From: Octopus sinensis
Lineage: Eukaryota
Length of the DNA: 64,000 nt
Assembly: GCF_006345805.1 (NCBI RefSeq)
Contig: NC_043002.1
Coordinates: 7,812,001-7,876,000, forward strand
Direction of reading: 5' to 3'
The position numbers and the translations under genes are program-made. The stretch's first letter is position 1. Each line of letters starts with the position of its first letter. This document shows positions 52,190-64,000 of the stretch, in pieces. The notes under the pieces are model-generated. The model saw nothing but the letters and a program-made list of their open reading frames with translations. It ran no database searches and was not told the origin of the DNA.

Positions 52190-52200
<11 letters not shown>
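51752..52200. repeat. 449-bp near-perfect palindrome (221-bp arms, 7-nt loop)
   Basis: Arms 51752-51972 and 51980-52200; I found 2 mismatches by eye. Confidence 0.95.
52103..52140 (+). ncRNA. U3-A8 variant minimal hammerhead (mirror copy on the minus strand near 51812-51849)
   Basis: cag-TTGAAAA-ggtc tcaaaat gacc-GAAAC-cg-GTA-ctg; palindromic ACCGGT. Confidence 0.6.
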
Positions 52201-52232
<32 letters not shown>

Positions 52233-52308
52233 TATTCGAGACAAAACCACTATTTTGCAAAACAAACAAGGAAAGACTTAATTAATACATAAAATTTTAA
52301 TAAATATG

Positions 52309-52373
<65 letters not shown>

Positions 52374-52840
52374 CTGTATATATATTGGTTCTGTTGTTTT
52401 TATTGCTATTTCGATCAATGCTGATCGTGAAGACCAGCTATGACATTTCCATCTTTTAAGTATTCTTTTCTAAAGTGATGGAATGCGATTTGTGGGGGAC
52501 TTGCCAAACTGATATAGCGACCATTTCTGTGTCTTGGCTATACAATGCTATTCATTCCTCCTATTAGAAATAGCAGTCAAATCTGTCTTAAAGGAAGGAC
52601 ACATTTGCTGATGTAGTCGTCATTACGTTATGCCTGGAAAAAATTCATGGAATAATTATTAGTAGAAATGCCAGCATGAAAGATGGTGATCTTTTGGCAT
52701 GGCAAATATATTCTTCTTACTTGATGTTTCTGAGCGTGTTCAATACGCTCCAGAAGTTATTTTATGAAAATGCATTCTTTAGGGACGAGTGTTAAAAGTT
52801 ACTTCTTCCTTCTTTATATACAAACGATTTATATACAAAA

Positions 52841-53340
52841 GGCGGCGAGCTGGCAGAAACGTTAGCACGCCGGGCGAAATGCGTAGCCGTATTTCGTCTG
52901 CCGTTACGTTCTCAGTTCAAATTCCGCCCAGGTCGACTTTGCCTTTCATCCTTTCGGGGTCGATAAATTAAGAACCAGTTACGCACTGGGGTCGATATAA
53001 TCGACTTAATCTGTTTGTCTGAACTGTCCTTGTTTGTCTCATCTGTGTTTAGCCCCTTGTGGGTAGTAAAGAAATAAGTATTTCGTCTGTCGCTACGTTC
53101 TGAGTTCAAATTCCGCCGAGGTCGACTTTGCCTTTCATTCTTTTGGGGTCGATAAATTAAGTACCAGTTACTGGGGTCGATATAATCGACTTAATCCGTT
53201 AATTCTTCTTTAATCCTTCTTTATATACAAACGATTTATATACAAAAGGCGGTGAGCTGGCAGAAACGTTAGCACGCCGGGCGCAATGTCCTTGTTTGTC
53301 TCCTCTGTGTTTAGACCCTTGTGGGTAGTAAAGAAACAGG
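52841..53340 (+). mobile_element. cluster of one full and two partial family A SINEs
   Basis: Full copy 52841-53075, 5'-truncated copy 53079-53198, internally deleted copy 53248-53340. Confidence 0.85.
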
Positions 53341-53673
53341 TATTTGGCTTATATATCCAACAAGTTGCTCACCAACATACAGACTCTTAATACAGCATAC
53401 CAATACTTGAATGTCAAATAAATAATCTGATACATAAATAATGAAAAAAGAAAAAGAAAAAACTGTCGTATCATGTTGCTGTAGACTTAGTCTTTAGTTA
53501 TTTTAAACAAAGGAAAGAGGATATCATGATTGAAGATTATTTGCTGGCTGAACCAGGAAGGGAAAAAAATAATATTAATCAACTGAAACGGGTCAGATTA
53601 GAATCGAAACCGCGCCGGAAACATGCCTTGCCTTAAGGATATTTATGGAGAGTGGGGATATTTATGGAGAAAA

Positions 53674-53908
53674 GACGGCGAGCTGGCAGAAACGTTAACA
53701 CGCCGGGCGAAATGCTTAGCGGTATTTCGTCTGCCGTTACGTTCTGAGTTCAAATTCCGCCGAGGTTGACTTTGCCTTTCATCCTTACGGGGTCGATAAA
53801 TTAAGTACTAGTTACACGCTGGGGTCGATATAATCGACTTAATCCGTTTGTCTGTCCTTGTTTGTCCTATCTCTCTGTTTAGCCCCTTGTGGGTAGTAAA
53901 GAAATAGG
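53674..53908 (+). mobile_element. SINE family A with TSD
   Basis: tatttatggaga on both sides. Confidence 0.92.
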
Positions 53909-54069
53909 TATTTATGGAGAGTGTCTTTGTTCAAGAAGGTTTTGGACCAGCAAGCTGAGATCGCGTCAAACTTTCAGCCTCCAGTTGAAATCGCCGCTCC
54001 GGGTTCTATAAAATAATATCCTAATCAAGTAGTAAATTCGATTTAATCTACTATTCCCCTCACTCTTCA

Positions 54070-54070
54070 T

Positions 54071-54125
<55 letters not shown>

Positions 54126-54250
54126 CAGCAGCACAGGCGGCAGTAGCAGTACAGGCAGTAGTAGTAATAGTACTAGCAGCAGCAGTGGTGATGGTGGTGG
54201 TGGTGGTGATGGTGGTGGTGGTGGTGGTGGTGGTAGTGGTAGTAGTAGTG

Positions 54251-54302
<52 letters not shown>

Positions 54303-54340
54303 CATTAGTAGTAGCAGCCACAGTAACAGTTGTAGTAGTA
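54070..54340. repeat. (GTA)n/(GCA)/(GTG)n compound repeat
   Basis: Direct reading. Confidence 0.95.
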
Positions 54341-55267
54341 GTTCGCTTTCTCGCGTGTTCCACCGAATAGAAAGGCTATAAAGTAAATACTACGACGAGA
54401 AATAAAGAAAGGAGAGAGGGAGAGAAAGAGGGAGAGAGAGGAGAGAGGGGGAGGGAGAGAGAGAGAGAGACAATGAAAGAGAAACTACTTTTGAAGCGTG
54501 AAACCAGCAAGTAGCCTGTTTCAGGCCGTTCGATTCTATTTGGTTACTAAACCGTGACGTAACAGGACCATCACGGTTCCATGAACAAGCATGGAAAATA
54601 TATGAAGCGCATTACAAGTGTGATGTCTGAATGAGATTTTCGTAACACCTAGTATTTAAAAAAAAAATACTTTTTACCATATCTTCTTTTGTTTTTGCTT
54701 GTTTAAAGAATTTTATCTCTTCTCGAATGCCGCTAACCTTTTAATTTGTTGGATTTAAAGACACTTATCTCCATGATTAACGTTACACCATATCATTTTA
54801 CAGCTGTCTTGCATTATTTAACCCAAAATATATCGATTTACGTAATCAAGCCTATCTATCTGATAGTATTTGTAATGTTTGTTTACCTGTTGGCTAGTTT
54901 AATCTTATTTTGTCATTTTCTACCTACCTGGCAATCTTGCTAACCATATGCATACACACATAAATAAACACCCCTCTCTTCCTCCCACTATACATTTATA
55001 CATGTATGTACGTATTATGTGTGTCTATCTATCTGTCTATCTATATCTATAAATAAATAAATAAATATATTCATACATACACACACATATATATATTTAT
55101 ATACACATACACACACATACATATATTTACACATCTATATACACATGTATATGTATACATGTATATTTATATAGATGCCAGCATGGTATCTGTATATCTA
55201 AATGACTGAAAGAAGAAAAAGAAGAAAAGAACACACACCACACACACATACTCACACACACACACAC

Positions 55268-55302
<35 letters not shown>

Positions 55303-55314
55303 TATATATCTATA

Positions 55315-56480
55315 TAGGGTGCGTAAGGTATTTTGAGGACAGTTATATTCTTACACAAAAATGACTTAGAAACAGGCAATAATGTCTTTCTACTGAAAAA
55401 AGGTTTTGAGGATAAGAATAAATATTGTTTCATCATTTTATTCAAAAAAGCTTCCTTCAGCTTCAATAACGGTTTCTATGCCTACATTCTAGGATCAAGT
55501 GGTCTGTGTTCTTACTGGACATTACTCTGACTATGGAGGCTTCTAGGGAATCTTTGGCGTTATGAGGGTGCTCGTTAACCTCTTTCTCAACTACGCTCCA
55601 TACAGAGAAGTCCAATGGATTGAGATCTGGGGAGCTAAGAGGCAAAATGTTAGGGGTTATGTGGTCATGAAAATTTTCCGCCATTCATTCCTGCGTTGCT
55701 GTAGACTTCTGTGATGGTGCCGAGTCTTATTGAAACACATAAGGTCTTCCGTTGCGTACATTATCGATCCATGGCTTAACAACTGGATTCAGAACATCTA
55801 TGGAGGCAGCAGAGTTTACTCAAAGACCTTGTGGAAAGAAGTGAGCAGCCATCACATGTCCTTCGTTGCTGACAAACCCCAAAACCATGACAGTTCTAGG
55901 AAATTTTGTATGCATTATTCTTGGAACTTCCGTCATTTCTGTTTACTTTCTGATCAAAGATTTTTCTCATCCGAGAAGAACCAAATGGCATCTTTCTCTG
56001 CTGAGTTTTTAAGTTTGTTCAGGGGTCTTTTAGATCTGATTAAGCGATTCTCCTTCACTGTTTCTGACATGAAATGACTTTTCCTCATCGCATAAGATTT
56101 ACTATCTGATGTCTTTGTGGACAACATTTCGGATTGTTCCTTCTGACACATGGTGTTCTGTTGCAACCAACCTCATGGATCTTCTGGGATAATCATCAAT
56201 GGTCTGCTTTACTTGTTGAATAAATTCTGGCGTTTTAATAGTATCAGTGTTACTAGTATCAGTAACAATGATACTAGTGAATCCGTGTTATCTGATTAGT
56301 ATCAGATTACAATAGTATCAGATAGTATCAGTATCAGTGCATCTACCATGTTTCTTACGTTTCGAGTCTGGCGATACATTTCCGAATTTTGTAGACGAAG
56401 GATCTAGCGACTTTTAAAAATCAGCCTTTGTAGCCACGATGACTGTGTACCTCTTCATTTCTTGTGTAATCATAGGGTCC
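55315..56480 (-). mobile_element. decayed Tc1/mariner-superfamily transposon (maT/DD37D-like)
   Basis: FFSDEKN; VFQ*DSAPS..TQE*MAENFHDHITPNILPLSSPDLNPLDFSVWSVVE; left terminus TA-tagggtgcgtaagg; the matching right TIR was not found. Confidence 0.85.
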
Positions 56481-56589
56481 GCCATTGGTAATTCTGAAAT
56501 ACAGAAAATATTAAGTTGATAAAATGCTGCTATTGTAAAATTGACACATGTATGTATGTATATATACCCTCCCTGTATATATATATATA

Positions 56590-56632
<43 letters not shown>

Positions 56633-56635
<3 letters not shown>

Positions 56636-57145
56636 CGCTTTCATTAATCACTCTAAGGCTATTACAAAGAATTTAGTTTGGAATATTTCACTTAGACTTT
56701 CTAGATTATCTGCTAATGTTTGATATCTTCAACGATAAAGCTGAATTTTATAACTCTGCCTTACTTAAAGCAGGCTATAAAGAAACGATTACCTATATTA
56801 ACCCTATTGACATTAATTCGCCCTCTGTTAATCTGGACATGAAATCAAGTTGTAACGATATTAACAATATTAATTTTAATTCGAATAACAACACCAAATC
56901 GAGTAATGTAATTCTGCAGCGTAAGGGTGATAACCGTTAAAGACCCTTGTTTTTTAATTATAAAGGCACATCGAGTACTTTTAAAGATAATTACCCTAAT
57001 AACAAGGTATGCTCTAGTAACATTGGTTAATAATTTAATATGGTATGCAGATCAAATATAACTTCCCTTACGAGTTTTGTGAAGCTATAGAAAATAATTT
57101 CTTAAGAAATTCAAGATACTATTCGATTATTAATTCACACCAAAT
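56633..57145 (+). mobile_element. Penelope-like RT C-terminal fragment
   Basis: NHSKAITKNLVWNISLRLSRLSAN..IFNDKAEFYNSALLKAGYKETITY (cf. NHPP.I.KNIP..I..RLS..SSN..IF....Y..AL...GY). Confidence 0.75.
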
Positions 57146-57149
57146 CAGG

Positions 57150-57261
57150 ACAGTCATGATGGGTCTACTGGGCTTCGTATATTTTAACCCAGTGTCACTT
57201 TGATGGCACTCACTGCTCTCTCACTCATTCATATATATATTGAATAATAATAATAATAATA

Positions 57262-57296
<35 letters not shown>

Positions 57297-57881
57297 TAAT
57301 AATGAATAATAATAATAATAATAATAATAAATGCCCTGATGCAGTACCAGGCAGTGGCTCTCATGCTTCTGATCTTAACTGATTGGAAGTGTTATCATGT
57401 ACATTGTTTTGTCTTGGTATAAAAGATGGCTACAGCAAATATTCTGCTCAATACCACAGATTTGCTTGTCAGTTGTTTGACCTTAACCATTGAGCATGTC
57501 CCTTAGTGGCTGACGATATGTGCATCTCTGATCACGAGCAGAAGTAGTGGGGGAGCATCATAGCCATGTGTTGAGAGGGATGCTTTGGGGTTTGAATAGT
57601 TCACCTCTGGAAACATGGGTGGTTCTTTCAACATCCTTAAACAACCCTTATCGGGGACCGTTTGAGCGGGATGGGCTACTCAACCTGAAGAAAATTCAAA
57701 CTGGCCCCACCTGCAAGGTCATGGCTGTTTATCTTGATATGAGATCACCACCATGTCGCGCACATATGGTTGTGATGCATGTGCCTGGTGTACCTTTATC
57801 AGACGGTAGTCATGATGGGTATATTGGGCTTTGTATATTTTTCCCCCAGTATCACTTTGATGGCATGACTCTCTCTCACTC

Positions 57882-57935
<54 letters not shown>

Positions 57936-57950
57936 TTAATAATAATAATA
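57150..57950 (+). mobile_element. two head-to-tail (AAT)n-tailed retroposon 3' ends
   Basis: gtcatgatggg..ta.tgggctt.gtata...cccagt.tcactttgatggca...ctctctcactca then (AAT)n at 57152-57330 and 57808-57950. Confidence 0.65.
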
Positions 57951-57964
57951 ATAGTTTCTACTAT

Positions 57965-58155
57965 ACGCACAAGACCTGGAATTAGAGGGGAGGGGGATGG
58001 TCAACCACATCAACCCCAGTACTTGACTGGTGTTAATTAATTGACCCCAAAAGGATGAAAGGCAAAGTCAACCTCGGCGAAATTTGAACTCAGAACCCGA
58101 GGACGGAGGAAATGCCGGTAAGCATTTTGCCCGGCGTGATTCTGCCAGCTCCCCG
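57965..58155 (-). mobile_element. SINE family A variant
   Basis: ggatgaaaggcaaagtcaacctcggcgaaatttgaactcagaac...ttctgccagctcccc. Confidence 0.75.
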
Positions 58156-58160
58156 CATTA

Positions 58161-58219
<59 letters not shown>

Positions 58220-58894
58220 GATAATAATAATGATAATATTAATAATAATAATAATAATAATAATATATGTTTAAGATTCTCAGTATATATAAATTTTCGA
58301 TGTGAGAACGTCGAAATCTCATAAATATTTTTGTTTTCCCCAAGTCTAATCTGTATGATATCAATTTCTCTGTCCTTTGCCAAATTATACATATGTCTGC
58401 ACGAACCAGCTGTTTTGTGAGTGAAAACTTCACTTAATTTCTTGGTTGTTGGGGGTTTTGCCGCTTTATTATTATTATTATTCATTTATTGTATATTATT
58501 GGTTCAGAGTGGTTCGTTAAGTGCCAACCACATGGGGTGGGTTTTTTTCCTACTTTTGGTACCAATATTTCAGGTATAAATATGTCTGTATTATTATTTG
58601 TTATATAAGAACGAAGCTTGATCATGAAAGTTGTGATGTTCATGCCGGTGGTGAGTAGAAAGCGCAGAATCGTTATAGGGCTGAGTAAACTATTACGTTT
58701 GTTTACGTTCTGAGTTCAAAGCCTGCCGAAGCAGACTTTGCCCGTCTTCCCGCGGTCGACGGAATACAGTACCAGTCATGTACTGGGACTGACTACACAT
58801 TCTTTGTTACTGTTCCTTGCTGTTGTGCATATCGACCTGACGTTAAACGGTTTCAGTAGCATAAAAGGTTTTCTATGAAAAGAAGTTGCTTTCA

Positions 58895-59690
58895 CCCCTA
58901 CAGACACGGCTCGAGAAACACGGGGCCGACCTGCCCGAGATGCGGTCGGAGCGACGAAACCGTTCTGCACGCAATCGTGCAGTGTCCAACAATCTCTGAC
59001 CTGTGGGCTTATGTCGAACGACTGCTGTCACGTGTGGGACGAGTCGGTTTATCAGCTGAGTCTATCGTCAATATTGTCACGCCTCCTTCCTTCAAACGGG
59101 AAGGAAGAGCTATTTTCATCATCCTTGTGGCTATGGCGAAAGAATGTATCTGGTGGACGCGTCTGAAAGGATTGGAGACAAACACTTTCCTCTCTGGTCA
59201 ATCTCTCATCAACTTCTTCAAGTATCACTTGAAAAATAAAGTGAGAGTAGAGAGGCGAGTTTTGTCTAGCGAATGTTTTAAAAAAAAGATGGGTGAATGT
59301 AGCAAGGATGGCACGTATGAATGACGAAGCCACCTTGAGCATAATCCTATGAACCTGGAAACATTTAAAACAGAGGGTTACCTACTTGCAAACAAATGTG
59401 GTAACGTGTAACATTATTCGCCGAGGTTACCGTGGTCTTTTCCGTAGGCTTTTCTTTCCACTGATAAACCTTATCTGCTTCCCCCTTTACACTTTACATC
59501 ATGACACTGTGATACACGGTCCCTATTGATCGTTTTTTCCCCCTTTTTTTTTCTTCTTTCCCTTTTACGATCCCTTTTGATCGAAAACCTACCCCACTTT
59601 CTTTTTTTCTTTCCCCAAAAAAGAAAAGCTCTACTTTGTAATATGTCCCGTCTGTGTGCAGCCCTGTCTGGCTAATAAAGAAACACATTA
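58895..59690 (+). mobile_element. 5'-truncated Tx1/L1-clade LINE (C-terminal CCHC zinc finger, 3' UTR, (TATC)n tail)
   Basis: YRHGSRNTGPTCPRCGRSDETVLHAIVQCPTISDLWAYVERLL..LVAMAKECIWWTR; 3' end aataaagaaac followed by (TATC)n. Confidence 0.85.
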
Positions 59691-59821
59691 TCTATCTATC
59701 TATCATCTATCTATCTATCTATCTATCTCTGTCTCTGTATCTCCTATCTCTCATCTATATATCTATATCATACACAGACACACACCCACACACAACACAC
59801 AACAACACACACATATATATA

Positions 59822-59870
<49 letters not shown>

Positions 59871-59873
59871 ATA

Positions 59874-59978
<105 letters not shown>

Positions 59979-60359
59979 CGTTCCGTTCTCAAAATATTTT
60001 GGTCTTGTGTCAGATCAAATCGATACTTATAAATGAGTGATTTGCTGTCTTCCCTGTTTGTGTAAATGAGTAACATAAACAAAAAGAAGAACAACAATAA
60101 CACATGAACATATTTTTCCGTCTCGTGCATATCGGGTGCATATTCTCCACGGGTAAAAGCACCACTAGTACTTTGTATAAGAACAGGCATACCAAGAAAC
60201 TTCTTGCACTCGTTCACATTAAGCGGCACCAGACATGCTGACATTTTAGCACACATACACACATAATAGCTATGTATGTGTGTATGCGTGTGTTTCTGTG
60301 TGTACGTGTGTGTGTGTGAGAGAGAGAGAGAGAACTGTTACATACACAAACACGTGATT

Positions 60360-60494
60360 GCTTGCATAAATACATACATACATACATACATACATACATA
60401 CATACATACACACATACATACATACATATATACACGTTCAAAAGTACATACTACACAGAGACACATTCTTTAAGTACATATGTATATATGTGTA

Positions 60495-60537
<43 letters not shown>

Positions 60538-61060
60538 TCAAGTATATGAATGTGTTTATGAATGCATACTTATATACACACATGCACGTAAACCTACCTA
60601 CCTACCTATACACACGCACACACGCGTACACACAAGCAAATATTTAAGGAACTCGTGTGTTACTATTCTACCTTCTACGAATATATACAAACTCATATGT
60701 ATATACATATAAATATATTCACACACACATACATACATACAACATACATACATAATACATACATAAATACATACATACATAAATACATACATACATGCAT
60801 ACATACATACATAACATACATACATACATACATGCTACATGCATAATAACTACATACATACATACATACATACATACATGCAGCATCATACATACATACA
60901 TACATACAACATCATACTACATACATCACATACATACATACATACATTACATACATACATACATACAGACATACATACATTAAATACTTAACATGCATAC
61001 ATACATACAACATACATACATACATACATACATACATACTACATACATACAACATACATA
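60360..61060. repeat. degenerate (CATA)n array
   Basis: Direct reading. Confidence 0.9.
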
Positions 61061-61489
61061 CAAATACATGGCAGAGCATGTGACAGCTTTATCAAAAGGG
61101 TGACGATGTAAATAAGCAGTCATATCCGACGTAGAGTTACTATAATTTTTCATAAAACAAAATGTATATGGTTTCTGTACGTGTATTTATTTAGCCCCAC
61201 CTATACATATGATACATCACCATCTCACACACACACATATAGAGCGAGAGGGGGGTAGGGAGGGTGAGATAGATGCTATATCGTTGGTATGTATGTATAT
61301 ATATATAAGATTATATATATATATATTATGTATACACATATATATAATACATTACATAATACATATGCGCATATACACATATATGTATGTGTCTATGTAT
61401 ATTTATGTATATATTATGTGTACATATATATATATATATGATTATAGATAGACTGATAGATATAGATAGACAGATAGATAGATAGATAG

Positions 61490-61537
<48 letters not shown>

Positions 61538-61639
61538 GAGATAGATGATGGATGGATGGATAGATATAGATCTATATCTGAAACGAATACAATATTTGAG
61601 GAAAGAGTATGTGTCACAAGATTAGTTTGATGCTATTGT

Positions 61640-62050
61640 TACCTGGTCCCAGGACTTATGTGGACATTTCCGTGCAATATCTTTGTTGTTATTTGTAGGA
61701 AAGGTGTTTTCTCGTGTTTTCTTAGAGCACCTTGAAAAAATTTTTTTTCCGTAGTCTATGTCGGAGTCATAATGTAGCTTACGCTCTTCTCGAGGGGCAG
61801 TTACGTTCTTCATTACCGCAACAAGAAAACTTCAATGAACAAGACATGGGTTTTTATTATTGTTTTGTGGATCTTAACAAGGATTTTGGCGCAGTTAATG
61901 GGAACGTACTTTGACTGATGCTGAAGAGATTCCGCTGTCTTGAAGAGCTTGAGAATATGACCAGAGCTTTTAGTAATGTGGTTTCGAAGAACTGACATAC
62001 TACTCCATATATTTTGAAGCTATGCTTTCACATGCATTGGACTCATCGAA
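61640..62050 (+). mobile_element. old RTE-like reverse-transcriptase fragment
   Basis: CGHFRAISLLLFVGKVFSRV..ES*CSLR..YCFVDLNKDFGAV..L*LMLKRF (cf. C.NYRGISLL..GK; ESQCGFR; FVDL.KAFD.V). Confidence 0.75.
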
Positions 62051-62502
62051 AGAGAAGGAGCATATACTTTTTCAATAATAATCCAAATTCTCTCCCATTA
62101 TTTTAGTGATTATTGATTAAGTAAAACGATATTCTTATTGTGAGATTATAGGCAATCACAGGAATACATTTTTGCTTAATTATACTCAAATAAGTGCCAA
62201 TAATTATTTTAGTTGATAAATCTGATTAACTAGAATTTAGCTATTGGCTAACTGACATGATTATTGATATGCTGAATCGAAAGGATTTTTCAAAAAACTC
62301 TAATGTGTCTTCTGGGTTGTATTCCAACAGAAAAAAAAGAGATTAAGTTAGCGCAAATGGCTACTGTTCACAATTCAAGTTATTTAACTTCATATTTTTA
62401 TCTACTAGCCTAGATATGTAATCCACTTTGGAAACCTGTTACTGAAAGTTGTATTCTTCATGGCACATGAAGCCTACAAATATCGAGTTATTAAACTATG
62501 TC

Positions 62503-62567
<65 letters not shown>

Positions 62568-62573
<6 letters not shown>

Positions 62574-62880
62574 TTTGTTGGGACTTTTGGATTTTACTCA
62601 AAGGATATTGGAATATATACATATATACCATTATGCCTATAAACGGATTTATGAACTCAATAACCATACATACCTTACATCTATTTTCTTTCCTCTACCT
62701 CACTCTCTATTTGTATCACATCGAAAATAACTATGACTTTTCCTCTCACACCGTCTCCGATGAAGGGATATTATTATTAATTAATATCCTAGAAACAGCT
62801 GTAAGACTTTCTATCTATAAATGCTCTAATATCTATACAGCCTTGGTTTTTTTTATCTCATTCCGCAAAAAATTCATATA
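62568..62880 (+). mobile_element. Penelope-like 3' end with hammerhead motif (62753-62807)
   Basis: TQRILEYIHI..ELNN resembles a PLE ORF end; gtct-CCGATGA-a-gggatatta..taatatcct-a-GAAAC-agct-GTA-agac. Confidence 0.6.
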
Positions 62881-63384
62881 TCTATCTAATTATTTATATA
62901 CATACATGTATGTATGTATGTATGTATGTATGTATGTATGTATGTATGTATGTATGTATGTATGTATGTATGTATGTATGTATGACCGCGTTCGTAGAAT
63001 GGAAATGTTAAAATCTCCGAAATGTGTTGTTATTTTGTGCAACCATTTATTATCGGGTACTAATTTACTTCCAGAATTCAACACAGAACGAATACTTCCA
63101 AATTTGGTAAGATTATACCTTATTTTAAAATGGTAGGGAGTAATTTAAGGCATTTTGTTGCTCTTTCAGAAGGTCTTTCATACTGACACCCACGTTGGCG
63201 CGTGCTCAGTAAGTTCAACAAGCAGGGTCAGGAATTATAGACAGTAAGTCAGAGAGAGTCGAACGACGCCCATGTCAACGACACTATACCGATAATAAAA
63301 AACGGAAAATTTTGATAAAAAATATATATGCATTTGGATTATTTGGATTAGAAATGATAAAAAGAAGGCAAAGAAAAATATATT

Positions 63385-63680
63385 CTTTATATTGATATTT
63401 GACATAGATATGTGTGTGTATGTATACATACCTGCATATATATACATATATATATGCATATATGTGCATGTATGTATACATTATATATATATGTATATAT
63501 GCATATATATATAGCATATATGTGCATGTATGTATACATTATGTATATATGTATATATACATATATGTACATGAATATATATATATATATATGTAGTACA
63601 TATATATATGTATATATGTATATATATACATATATATATATGTTATATGTATATATATATATATTATATATATATATGTA

Positions 63681-63737
<57 letters not shown>

Positions 63738-63799
63738 ATATATGTATATATGTATATATATTTATATATATATTATATATATATATGTATGTATATATG

Positions 63800-63837
<38 letters not shown>

Positions 63838-63839
63838 TA

Positions 63840-63870
<31 letters not shown>

Positions 63871-63930
63871 TATTATACCCACAACATATTTATACGTACA
63901 CGTACATGTAATATTAAATATATAAATATA
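63385..63930. repeat. degenerate (TA)n/(TATG) array
   Basis: Direct reading. Confidence 0.95.
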
Positions 63931-64000
63931 TGCATAAACATTTTCTGTTTATATGAATATATAATATACTATTGTTATTGCTGTTGTTATTACCGGTGCT

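Noticed and set aside
60120-60250. Coding-looking NVNEC peptide (EGF-like start)
   Set aside because: No further EGF cysteine pattern and a weak acceptor.

Overview
AT-rich animal DNA packed with microsatellites and transposon remnants. The SINE families and repeat density point to an octopus genome (inference, not checked against a database). I could not support any host protein-coding exon, and most track ORFs are microsatellite translations. Identifiable content: two Tc1/mariner-type remnants plus a mariner; about 25 tRNA-derived SINE copies from at least 3 families; RTE, R4/Dong-like, Tx1/L1-like and Penelope-like retroelement fragments; a fragmented Helitron Rep/helicase; two complete non-autonomous Helitrons; and a TIR element with telomere-like repeats. 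The main hidden signal is about a dozen minimal type I hammerhead-ribozyme motifs (CUGANGA-stem II-GAAA-palindromic stem III-NUH), mostly beside (TA)n arrays, from several Penelope pLTR-like families. They include core variants (U3-A8, U4C, A6U, A9C) and several inverted arrangements, among them a 449-bp near-perfect palindrome. A second signal is that the 3' tail of the commonest SINE matches the 3' end of a Tx1-like LINE in the window, one copy of which sits inside a (GATA)n array.
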